Below are positions 29,687 through 37,700 of a stretch of DNA of 64,000 bases, in pieces. The notes below the pieces were generated by a model that saw nothing but the letters and a program-made list of their open reading frames with translations, made no database searches and was not told the origin of the DNA. The stretch covers positions 128,001 through 192,000 of the forward strand of contig JBMORA010000063.1 of NCBI GenBank assembly GCA_049320885.1. The letters run 5' to 3'. The position numbers and the translations under genes were made by a program. This DNA comes from Thermodesulfobacteriota bacterium (lineage in GTDB: Bacteria > Desulfobacterota > Desulfobacteria > Desulfobacterales > SURF-7). Within the stretch, counting starts at the first letter, position 1; each line of letters starts with the position of its first letter.

Positions 29687-30979
29687 TCAATTGCTGTAGG
29701 ATGCGGAAATATAGACCCGGAGGTTCTGGATATCCGCATCCTGTATCACCGGGGTACTACTGATGGCCTGGGCCTCGCCCGCGCCGAATGCGTAAGAGAC
29801 CCCCAGGGTAACGCTCGTCAGCCGGTGGAACAGGGTGTAGCTCAGACTCAGTCCGTAAATGTCGATATGCTCTTCCTGGTTGACTTTCCCGGACTCCAGA
29901 TCCGGCGTGTTGGCGAAATCCGTGTAGAATCCCGCCCGGACGGCCATGTCGTCCCGGAAATAATATTCAGTGCCCAGAAAGACGTTGCACACGGACTCCT
30001 TTTCATCCGCCGAGCTGTGCCAGCCCACATCGCCCGAGAACAACAGGCTGGGGGAAACGAAATAGGCGGCGCCGAATGTCAGGCTCACGGGCAGGGTCGG
30101 TTTGTCGCTGGTATTTTCGCTCTTGAAATAGATCGTGTCCGGATCGCTGAAATCATAGCTCAGCCCGTCGATATTGACCGGCTGCGCCGCCGCCGTGTTC
30201 CGGTAGATGTCATGCCGGGTGGTCTCGTTGTTGAGCACAACCACCTGGGACATGGAAAGCCCCAGGGCCAGTTTTTCCATGGGTTCCCAGATGGCGCCCA
30301 GGGAAGGTCTGATACCCCAGTCGTTGCGGGTTTCATAATAATTGATCAGAATATGCTGCCCCTGGTTGAACTGGATCAACTGGTTGCGGATGATTTCCCG
30401 ATCCCTGAAATAGGCGTATACCGTCGCCCCCATGGCCAGGGAATCGGAAAAGCGGTAGGCGTAGGAGGGTCCGAACAGATAGGTCCGGTCACTGTCGTTG
30501 ATGTTGATCATGACGGTATCCGCCGGGTTGTCGGCGAATTCCGTGCGGATATCCTGGAAATACTGTTTCTGGCGGCGCTGGATGGAATCCGTCACCGCAT
30601 AGGACATACCGAGCATGCCGTTGCCCCCGAACTGCCGCACCAGACCGAAAAAATTCGGCAGCAGGCTGGAAGACACCTGCTCCCAGTCCTGGGTCCCGCC
30701 GTCGGTTCCGGTCAGCACGTCCCGATAGGTCTTGACCTCCGAATTATAGGCGTTCACACTGGCGGAAAGGCTGAGATTCGGCGCAAAGGCAATGCCCGCG
30801 GGATTGTAAAAGCAACCCGCGGGATCATCCGCCAGCGCCGTGTAGGCCCCTCCCATTCCAGCAGCCCGGTCGCCGATGATCATGTTGACGTAATGCTGCT
30901 CGTCCGCGACCGAAACGCTTGACGCCAGGAGCCACAGCAAGCCGGACACCATCCATTTTCTAGTGGATAACATTTTCAT
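29687..30979 (-). CDS. Outer membrane beta-barrel, FadL/OmpP1-like
   Basis: Signal peptide, GDRAAGMGGAYTA..D..FYNPAG hatch motif, alternating beta strands, aromatic near the C-terminus (SYSN). Confidence 0.8.
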   Translation of the reverse strand: MKMLSTRKWMVSGLLWLLASSVSVADEQHYVNMIIGDRAAGMGGAYTALADDPAGCFYNPAGIAFAPNLSLSASVNAYNSEVKTYRDVLTGTDGGTQDWEQVSSSLLPNFFGLVRQFGGNGMLGMSYAVTDSIQRRQKQYFQDIRTEFADNPADTVMININDSDRTYLFGPSYAYRFSDSLAMGATVYAYFRDREIIRNQLIQFNQGQHILINYYETRNDWGIRPSLGAIWEPMEKLALGLSMSQVVVLNNETTRHDIYRNTAAAQPVNIDGLSYDFSDPDTIYFKSENTSDKPTLPVSLTFGAAYFVSPSLLFSGDVGWHSSADEKESVCNVFLGTEYYFRDDMAVRAGFYTDFANTPDLESGKVNQEEHIDIYGLSLSYTLFHRLTSVTLGVSYAFGAGEAQAISSTPVIQDADIQNLRVYISASYSN

Positions 30980-31790
30980 GGAACCTCTCCGCAACCGTTG
31001 CGTTTTTCATCTGCGCCAGGCCGCCCGCTGTCAGCACCGCATCCATTGCCGCGAATCTGACCCGATGAAGCGGGTAATCTCCCTGGTAGTTCCGATCCTC
31101 GACCTCAAACCGCCCGGCCTCCGTCAGGAATTGCTTGAGGGCGGCGGGATCGTATCCAGCCGAGGCCGCCATGAGCATGCCGATACGATCGGCCTCGATT
31201 TCATCCGTCACCTTATACCCTTCCCGGAACAGAATGTCGGCGGCCCGGTCCATGGCCTGCTCCAGGGACTTCACGGCGCCGCCGGTGGCGCCGCCGATCA
31301 GGCCGGCAATACCGGCCACGGCCGAACGGTCTTCTCCTTTGATATTCAACTCCCGAATGACGTGCCGCTCCGTAATATGGGCGATTTCATGCCCCAGCAC
31401 ACCGGCCAGCTGGGCTTCGTTGGCCATTTTCAGCAACGCTCCCCGGGTGATGAACACATACCCGCCCGGAGCCGCATAGGCATTGATATCATCGGAAGCA
31501 AGCACCCCGAAATAATAGATCAGTTCCGGCCGTCCGGAATGCAGGGCCGTGGCCCGGCCCACCAGGTTGACATAGCGGTTCAGTTCCGTATCCTCATCCA
31601 GGCCGTAGGCGCCGAGGATCCTGGCCGCCAGTTCCCGTCCGAAGAGGATCTCCGCCTCGATGGCTTCCGCCTCCCCGGAACTTTGGGCCATGCTCGAAAT
31701 CCGTTTCCGCCCGTCACCGGCAACGGCGGGGATGGTCGGAAGCCAGACGATCAGCAGTAAAATCGACATCCAGTTACCGGTGCGTTTCAT
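30960..31790 (-). CDS. M48 family zinc metallopeptidase, secreted
   Basis: Signal peptide, INAYAAPGGYVFITRG, EAQLAGVLGHEIAH (HExxH), EIEAD, AGYDP. Confidence 0.9.
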   Translation of the reverse strand: MKRTGNWMSILLLIVWLPTIPAVAGDGRKRISSMAQSSGEAEAIEAEILFGRELAARILGAYGLDEDTELNRYVNLVGRATALHSGRPELIYYFGVLASDDINAYAAPGGYVFITRGALLKMANEAQLAGVLGHEIAHITERHVIRELNIKGEDRSAVAGIAGLIGGATGGAVKSLEQAMDRAADILFREGYKVTDEIEADRIGMLMAASAGYDPAALKQFLTEAGRFEVEDRNYQGDYPLHRVRFAAMDAVLTAGGLAQMKNATVAERFHENVIH

Positions 31791-32364
31791 GGGCCGTCCC
31801 TTCCTGTAAAAACATCAGCGCCTGGCTTTCGGTGATGTCCACCGATTCCATTTTTTCCAGGGCCTCATAATCCAGCCGGTGCCCGGAGTGAATCCGCAGG
31901 CGGTTTTCCCTCAACCCCCTGGCCGCCGCCACGGAGGAATAGGCCGAGGATCTTCGCCGGGATCGGTCGGAAAACAATTTATATTTATTCAGCAGGGACG
32001 TGAAGGCGCCGTATATATCCCGCTTTTTCACCGGCGGCTTGACCGCCACCTGGAAGGAATAGATCCATCCGGACCGGCCTTGATGGGACACCTGATGCCA
32101 GTATTCCGCTTTTTTGAGGCCGGAGATCCGGGTACCCTGTTTCAGTTCAAACAGCTTTTCGGAACCGGTATCCGGCATCAGGTAGACCTGGGCCTTGACG
32201 CTGGCGACATACAGATCGTAAGCATTACACCGGGGCGGCGGCAACGCCGTCATGGCAGCCACGACCGCAGCCATGAGGATCAATTGGGGATATGCCGCCC
32301 CCCCCTTGCGGATTGGCCGGTCATTTTGCCGGTCATTTTGCCATTCATTTTGATTGATGCGCAT
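31774..32364 (-). CDS. Secreted SH3-like domain protein with C-terminal AAARGL helical segment (start uncertain)
   Basis: Hydrophobic leader, then YV.SVKAQVY..P...LKQG....WHQV..QGRSGWI (bacterial SH3 pattern); overlaps both neighbours. Confidence 0.7.
   Translation of the reverse strand: MRINQNEWQNDRQNDRPIRKGGAAYPQLILMAAVVAAMTALPPPRCNAYDLYVASVKAQVYLMPDTGSEKLFELKQGTRISGLKKAEYWHQVSHQGRSGWIYSFQVAVKPPVKKRDIYGAFTSLLNKYKLFSDRSRRRSSAYSSVAAARGLRENRLRIHSGHRLDYEALEKMESVDITESQALMFLQEGTAHETHR
32316..32352. repeat. 12-bp tandem repeat, about 3 copies (GCCGGTCATTTT)
   Basis: gccggtcatttt gccggtcatttt gccattcatttt spanning the cyclase stop codon. Confidence 0.7.
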
Positions 32365-34525
32365 AGAACCCGTCCCAATCCTCCGGCGGAGGATTTTCCA
32401 GATAGTGTCGACACCGCGCAATAAAAAGTTCCGCCGGGACATCCCGGGGACGGAGGGCCCGAATCCGCTCATACGTCGCAATCGCTTCCGGAAACCGACG
32501 TTCGCGGTACTGCGAGAACGCCTGCTCGGAAAGCGCGACCACCGTCCGGAGCTCCGGGTCCACGGAGCCGGTTTCATCCAGAACTTCAAAAATGGCGATG
32601 GGTTTTCGCTTGCCCTTGACTTTGACGTAATCCGCCAGCCGGCAGACGATGCGATCCTTGATCCGGTCATGGGTGTCCTGGCTGACCAGGATGGTGCAGC
32701 CGTAGGTCTTGGTAAGGCCTTCCAGCCGCGAGGTCAGATTGACGCTGTCGCCGATCACCGTATAGTCCAGCTTTTTTTCCGAGCCGATGTTCCCCAGGAT
32801 CACTTCCCCCGTATGGATCCCGATGCCGATCTTCAGGGGCGGCATTCCTTCGGCCTCGTTTTCCCGGTTCAGTTCCTCCAGGGCCCGGCGCATCTGCAAT
32901 GCCGATAGGACCGCCCTGTGAGCGTGATCTTCGATTTTCACCGGCGCCCCCCAGAAGGCCACAATGGCGTCGCCGATGAATTTATCCAGGGTTCCCTGGT
33001 GCTCGAAAATGATGGCCACCATTTTGGACAGGTAACGGTTCAGCAGGGCCACCACCATTTCCACCTGGTGGGTTTCGGAAATCGAAGTGAAACCCCGGAT
33101 ATCGGAAAAAAAGACCGTCAGTACTTCCTTGGAGCCCACCTCGGCCCGGAAATAGTCTTCCTTGTAGTGTTCCAGCACATCCCGGAGCATGGCGGGCGAA
33201 ACATACTGACCCAGAATATTGCGGATCCGCCTTCTTTCCCGGCCCTCGGTGGCCATGGTAAAGACAAATCCGGAGATATAAGCCGACAGAAAGGCGACGG
33301 ATGGCGCCGTTACGTTCATTACCCAGTTCCTTCGGAACAGGTACAGACACACCCCGTAAAACAAGGCCATCACCAGAACCGGAACCACCGCCCGCAGGGT
33401 AACATTGCGGAAGAACAACACTGCCCACAGCGTCAACGCCGCCGCCAACAATACCGTCGGCGCGGTGATGGGAAAAGCGGCAAACCGCAGGAAATCTCCG
33501 GTCATGATATTTGCGTAAACCGATGCTTGCAGCATTACGCCCGGCAATATCGACCCCAGGGAGGTCATTTTCAGATCCTGGGCGCCCGCGGCGCTGGCAC
33601 CCACGAAAACGGTTTTGCCCTTGAATTCCTCCGGCCGGAACGGCAGGTCGGTATGGTTTCCCTGATCCAGTTCCCATTTGGTTTTCAGGACCCCGCTGAT
33701 GGAAAAGGCCGGGTACCGTCCATATAGATGAAGATAATATTCGCCGTCTTTCGTCAGGGGAATGCGAATATCCCCCTCCGCTTTCCGGAGAAACAGATCG
33801 CCTTCCCGAAAAAAGGCGCTGCGGCTGCCGGTGTTGATCAGAGCGGCTGCCAGTCCCAATGAAGGCAAGCGGTTGCCCCGGTAATCGAACACCAGGGCCT
33901 CGCTGCGGAAAACCCCGTCCCGATCCGGCACGAAGGTGACCACGCCAACACCGGCGGCGTGGGGATACAATTCTTCAAAGGGCAGATAATACTGGTTGAA
34001 AGGGATCAGCTCGGCGGCTCCCTCCATGGAAAGGGAAAAACGTTCGGTGAAATCCCGGGGCAGCGGCTCATTTTGGGTGGAATCCGGGTCATCCATCACC
34101 AGCTGGGCCGCATGGAAAACCATGGCCGCTTCCCGGGTCGACTCCGCCAGACGGCGGTCCGGTTCGCTCAAGCCGTCCGCCGCATCGAGGCCGACCTTCT
34201 GGTGCTGGGTGAACAGAATATCCATCACCACGGCCCGGGCCCCGCAATCCCTCAGGAAATCGATGAGTTCCGCATGGACATCCCGGGGCCACGGCCAGCG
34301 GCCCACCAGCGGATCCAGGGCATGCAGGGAGGCGTCGTCGATCAGGACGATGGCGATATCATCCGGCAGGGGGGTTTCCGACCTTGTCAGCTGCATGCGG
34401 AGGTCGATGCTCTTCCGTTCGAGGATATCCAGGAATCCCGAACCATCGCCGACCATGGCGAGCAGACTGATCAGCAGGATGATCCAGACGCTTTTCGACA
34501 ATTTCTGTTGCTGGGGCAACGGCAT
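32345..34525 (-). CDS. CHASE2-domain class III adenylate cyclase with C-terminal TPR-like tail
   Basis: CHASE2 (IDDASL..GRWPWPR, DILF, DRDGVFR), 3 TM, FSDIRGFT, DKFIGDA (ATP-specifying Lys), YTVIGDSVNLTSRLE. Confidence 0.93.
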   Translation of the reverse strand: MPLPQQQKLSKSVWIILLISLLAMVGDGSGFLDILERKSIDLRMQLTRSETPLPDDIAIVLIDDASLHALDPLVGRWPWPRDVHAELIDFLRDCGARAVVMDILFTQHQKVGLDAADGLSEPDRRLAESTREAAMVFHAAQLVMDDPDSTQNEPLPRDFTERFSLSMEGAAELIPFNQYYLPFEELYPHAAGVGVVTFVPDRDGVFRSEALVFDYRGNRLPSLGLAAALINTGSRSAFFREGDLFLRKAEGDIRIPLTKDGEYYLHLYGRYPAFSISGVLKTKWELDQGNHTDLPFRPEEFKGKTVFVGASAAGAQDLKMTSLGSILPGVMLQASVYANIMTGDFLRFAAFPITAPTVLLAAALTLWAVLFFRNVTLRAVVPVLVMALFYGVCLYLFRRNWVMNVTAPSVAFLSAYISGFVFTMATEGRERRRIRNILGQYVSPAMLRDVLEHYKEDYFRAEVGSKEVLTVFFSDIRGFTSISETHQVEMVVALLNRYLSKMVAIIFEHQGTLDKFIGDAIVAFWGAPVKIEDHAHRAVLSALQMRRALEELNRENEAEGMPPLKIGIGIHTGEVILGNIGSEKKLDYTVIGDSVNLTSRLEGLTKTYGCTILVSQDTHDRIKDRIVCRLADYVKVKGKRKPIAIFEVLDETGSVDPELRTVVALSEQAFSQYRERRFPEAIATYERIRALRPRDVPAELFIARCRHYLENPPPEDWDGFYAHQSK

Positions 34526-34597
34526 GGCATCGATGAGTTGGGATCAATTGGGTTGTCAATTGCGGCAAAGGGCCTGAAACGGCCGATCATCGCCGGA

Positions 34598-34622
34598 CTG
34601 GCTTCTGGCTTCTGACTCCTGA
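34598..34622. repeat. Short degenerate heptamer tandem repeat
   Basis: CTGGCTT CTGGCTT CTGACTC CTGA in the intergenic region. Confidence 0.45.
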
Positions 34623-34664
34623 GTAGTTATCAAGCTTCAAAGGAAGATATCGTTTCGATAGCCC

Positions 34665-35429
34665 CTAACACATGGTCAAACCGCCACTGACGCTGATCAC
34701 CTGGCCGGTGATGTACCCCGCCTCGTCGGAAGCCAGGAAGACGATGGAATGCCCGATATCCTCGGGTCGGCCCATTCGTTTCAAGGGAATGATCCGGTCC
34801 ATGTCCGCCAGGATCCGGCCGGCAAATTCATCGGCGGATCTCATCTCGGCGAACAGGGGCGTCGAGGTGGGCCCCGGGCAAATCACATTGACGGTGATCC
34901 CGTTGCGCGCCAGTTCCCGGGCCATGGTTTTGCTGAATGATATCACCGCCCCCTTGGCGCCGGCATAGACCGCCTCGCCCAGGCTGCCCACCCTGGCGGC
35001 GTCAGAGGCGATATTGATGATCCGGCCCCTGTTCCGCGCCATCATCTCCGGGGCGATGGCATACACCGTATTCAACACCCCCTTGAAATTGATGTCGATC
35101 ACCTTGGCCCAAAACTCCGGCGTGGTTTTCACAAAAGGAACAACCCGGTCCCAGCCGGCGTTGTTCACGAGGATATCAATGGGCCCCAGCTCCCGGTTGA
35201 TCCGCTTCACCATCTCGCGGACGGATTCGAGTTCCGTGATATCGGTTTCGACAGCCAGGGCTGTTCCCCCGGCCTTGACGATTCCGGCGGCCGTTTCCCG
35301 GGCTTCCTCCGCCGACAGGTCGGCGATGGCCACCCCGGCGTTTCGCCCGGCGAGGAGCGTGGCGATTCCCCTGCCGATCCCCCTCGCCCCGCCGGTGACG
35401 ACGGCGATTTTATTCGACAGATCAAACAA
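34665..35429 (-). CDS. SDR oxidoreductase, 2-hydroxycyclohexanecarboxyl-CoA dehydrogenase (BadH)-like
   Basis: TGGARGIG, NNAGWD..PF, SDAARVGS.GEAVYAGAKG (YxxxK), ISVSGGLTM; TTG start. Confidence 0.75.
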   Translation of the reverse strand: MFDLSNKIAVVTGGARGIGRGIATLLAGRNAGVAIADLSAEEARETAAGIVKAGGTALAVETDITELESVREMVKRINRELGPIDILVNNAGWDRVVPFVKTTPEFWAKVIDINFKGVLNTVYAIAPEMMARNRGRIINIASDAARVGSLGEAVYAGAKGAVISFSKTMARELARNGITVNVICPGPTSTPLFAEMRSADEFAGRILADMDRIIPLKRMGRPEDIGHSIVFLASDEAGYITGQVISVSGGLTMC

Positions 35430-35464
35430 ATTCCAATTCCCGTGATGTTTCGATCAGACGGCCG

Positions 35465-36205
35465 TCAGGCGTTGTCGCTGCCGTAGTCCTTCAAGATCCG
35501 GGCAACATAGTTCCGCGTCTCTTTGGGCAGGCCGCCCTCGCTGTTTTCCAGATTGCCCATGCCCCAGTTATAGGCGGCCAGGGCCATTTTCACATCTCCG
35601 CCGTAACGGTCCAGAAGACCCTTGAGGTAGCGGGTGCCGGCCATGACGTTCTGCTCCGGATCATAGGCATTGGTCACCCCCAGTTCCCGGGCCGTTTCGG
35701 GCATGAGTTGCATGAGCCCCATGGCCTTTTTGGGCGAGGTGGCCTCGGTGTCAAAACCGCTCTCGGCCCGGATGACCGCGACAATGAGATCCCGGTCGAC
35801 ACCGTAGGTCGCGGAGGCCTTGTCGATGACCGCGTCCAGGGATTCGTTCTTCACGGGGCTCCTGCAGGTCGCCGGGTGGTATCCGTTACCGGTTTCCACG
35901 GCCGGGCGTCTGCCGACATCGGCCATGGGAATCGCGAAAGCCGGCTCCGCCGTCGAAAGGTCACCCTCTTCCTCCGCGAAGGCCTGGAGGATCGCTTCAT
36001 TCATTTGGGAGCGGATCACCTCCAGCCGGGCGGCAAGCCATTTGGCGTCCGTGGGCGCTTCCCCGCCGGCGCTTTCCAGGGCAGCATTTTTCAGCAGGGT
36101 CGCGAATTCAACCGCCCCCGGAAGGGTGTTCCGGGCTCCCGGGCGGTTCCCCGGCAATAGATTCCGGATACCGCGACCCTGGATTTCCGGTGACGATACT
36201 TTCAT
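35465..36205 (-). CDS. Lytic transglycosylase (SLT domain)
   Basis: AVIRAESGF (catalytic Glu), AMGLMQLMP, ALAAYNWG; AGGAGG RBS. Confidence 0.9.
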   Translation of the reverse strand: MKVSSPEIQGRGIRNLLPGNRPGARNTLPGAVEFATLLKNAALESAGGEAPTDAKWLAARLEVIRSQMNEAILQAFAEEEGDLSTAEPAFAIPMADVGRRPAVETGNGYHPATCRSPVKNESLDAVIDKASATYGVDRDLIVAVIRAESGFDTEATSPKKAMGLMQLMPETARELGVTNAYDPEQNVMAGTRYLKGLLDRYGGDVKMALAAYNWGMGNLENSEGGLPKETRNYVARILKDYGSDNA

Positions 36206-36349
36206 TGGGGCCTCCTGACGGCAGGCTTGACGGGTGAAAAGCGGATAGCAGATGCCCGTAATATACGTCACAATCCGCTTTCATGTCAAGAAATACATGA
36301 ATTCAGGATGTTGATGAGCGCGAGAGAAAACCGGAACCGGGGAAACGCC

Positions 36350-37273
36350 CTATTGCCCCAGCCAGGCCTCCTTCAGCGCGCCTCTCTCACGCAAGAGGAG
36401 TTCGAGATAAACGCATTCCAGAATCACCATTTCCTCGTCCCCGGCGCGCAGCCACTCCGACAGCCAGGCAAATCGAATGGCCATGACAAGACCGATCAGG
36501 TGCCGCATGCCGATCTCCGAGCAGCAGGGAGTGAATTCCGCCAGCAGGCTGAGTGTCAGCGGCCCCACCAAGGCGTCGGGAATTTCCATGCCGAGACATC
36601 CGATGAGGAGGGCAAGATCATAGAGCTCCGGTTTATACCCGCAGAATTCCCAATCGATGACCGAGACGATCGCTTTTTCCGACCAGATGACATTCAATGG
36701 ATGATAATCCCCGTGACAAAACACCGTCGGTAGAAGATCATGGGCGGCCATGAAAGCCTCCTCGAGATGACAGAGAACCGGATGGAGCCGGGTCTGGAGA
36801 TCGGGGCGGTGGTCCGCCAGCCGCTGCATGAGGCTGTAAATAAAGTCCTTGATGGAAAAAGGCGCCCCCTGACTGGAATGGGGAATGCTTCGCCCTCTGG
36901 TATGAAAATCTTTTAAAAACCCCGCCAGGGCGACTCCCCGCCAAGCCTCGAAAGCATAATCCGGCCGTTTCAGGGCCCCGCCTTCGATATACGGCCGGGC
37001 CAGCCAGAACCGGCCGGCGGTTTCATGGACAAATCCTCCCTCCCGGGACCGGCGATACGGATGAATCCTCCCGAGTCCGGCACCGGAAAGATGCGCCAGC
37101 ACCCCTGCCATCTCCCGTTTCCGCATGAGGCAGTCCCCCGCGATCTCCTCCAACACCAGCCGTTCTCCTGCCTGGGTTTCCACCACGGAACGCCACAGGC
37201 AGCGCTCGGGACTGCCCGCCAAGTCCAGATCATGCCGCACTTTCTTCAGCGCGGCCCCCCAGCCGCCCGTCAT
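36350..37273 (-). CDS. APH / homoserine kinase type II family phosphotransferase
   Basis: CHGDYHPLNV, VIDWEF, YDLA. Confidence 0.8.
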   Translation of the reverse strand: MTGGWGAALKKVRHDLDLAGSPERCLWRSVVETQAGERLVLEEIAGDCLMRKREMAGVLAHLSGAGLGRIHPYRRSREGGFVHETAGRFWLARPYIEGGALKRPDYAFEAWRGVALAGFLKDFHTRGRSIPHSSQGAPFSIKDFIYSLMQRLADHRPDLQTRLHPVLCHLEEAFMAAHDLLPTVFCHGDYHPLNVIWSEKAIVSVIDWEFCGYKPELYDLALLIGCLGMEIPDALVGPLTLSLLAEFTPCCSEIGMRHLIGLVMAIRFAWLSEWLRAGDEEMVILECVYLELLLRERGALKEAWLGQ

Positions 37274-37326
37274 AATCCCCTCCAACAGACGCTCCCGGCA
37301 GTCCGATGTCACCCCTTCACTTCTTC

Positions 37327-37529
37327 CCACTCTCTTTCAATCCAAGGACATGATTCCAGTCGACAGTGAAAAAACCTATCCATATCAGTTTGTTGACGTA
37401 TTTTATTTCTTGACATGCCCGGTTGGCTCGCCTAAGCTCACTCTGGGACCCAAAGGGCCACCACGAAGAATTTGAAATCCAGGATACCGGAAACGGAAGC
37501 CGGAAGCAATTCCAAATTCCAGCTTCGGA
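37327..37529 (+). repeat. ~200-bp direct repeat, copy 1 (contains a sigma70 promoter)
   Basis: Near-identical to 40455-40657 (offset 3128); TTGACA 37410-37415, 17 bp, TAAGCT 37433-37438. Confidence 0.9.
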
Positions 37530-37540
37530 GCCACTTCAAC

Positions 37541-37651
37541 AATCTTATTCCGCCATAAGGCCGATGTAAACATCCGGGCCCTCCGGGGAAAAACCGCGCT
37601 CACCAGGTCCCCGGGCATCGGGGCCCTGGGGCTGGCCCAATGGCAGATAGA
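37541..37651 (+). pseudogene. Remnant of the ankyrin-repeat gene
   Basis: Gapless match to 41979-42089 (about 91/111 nt by hand count); ILFRHKADVNIRALRGKTAL versus ILFRHKADLNIRDPRGKTAL. Confidence 0.85.
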
Positions 37652-37700
37652 GGAAAACCATTTGGAAAAACAATTCGGAACCGGCCAGCAGAAGGATGGT

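Noticed and set aside
32365..32670. N-terminal extension of the SH3 ORF
   Set aside because: Overlaps the cyclase C-terminus by about 300 bp with non-protein-like sequence
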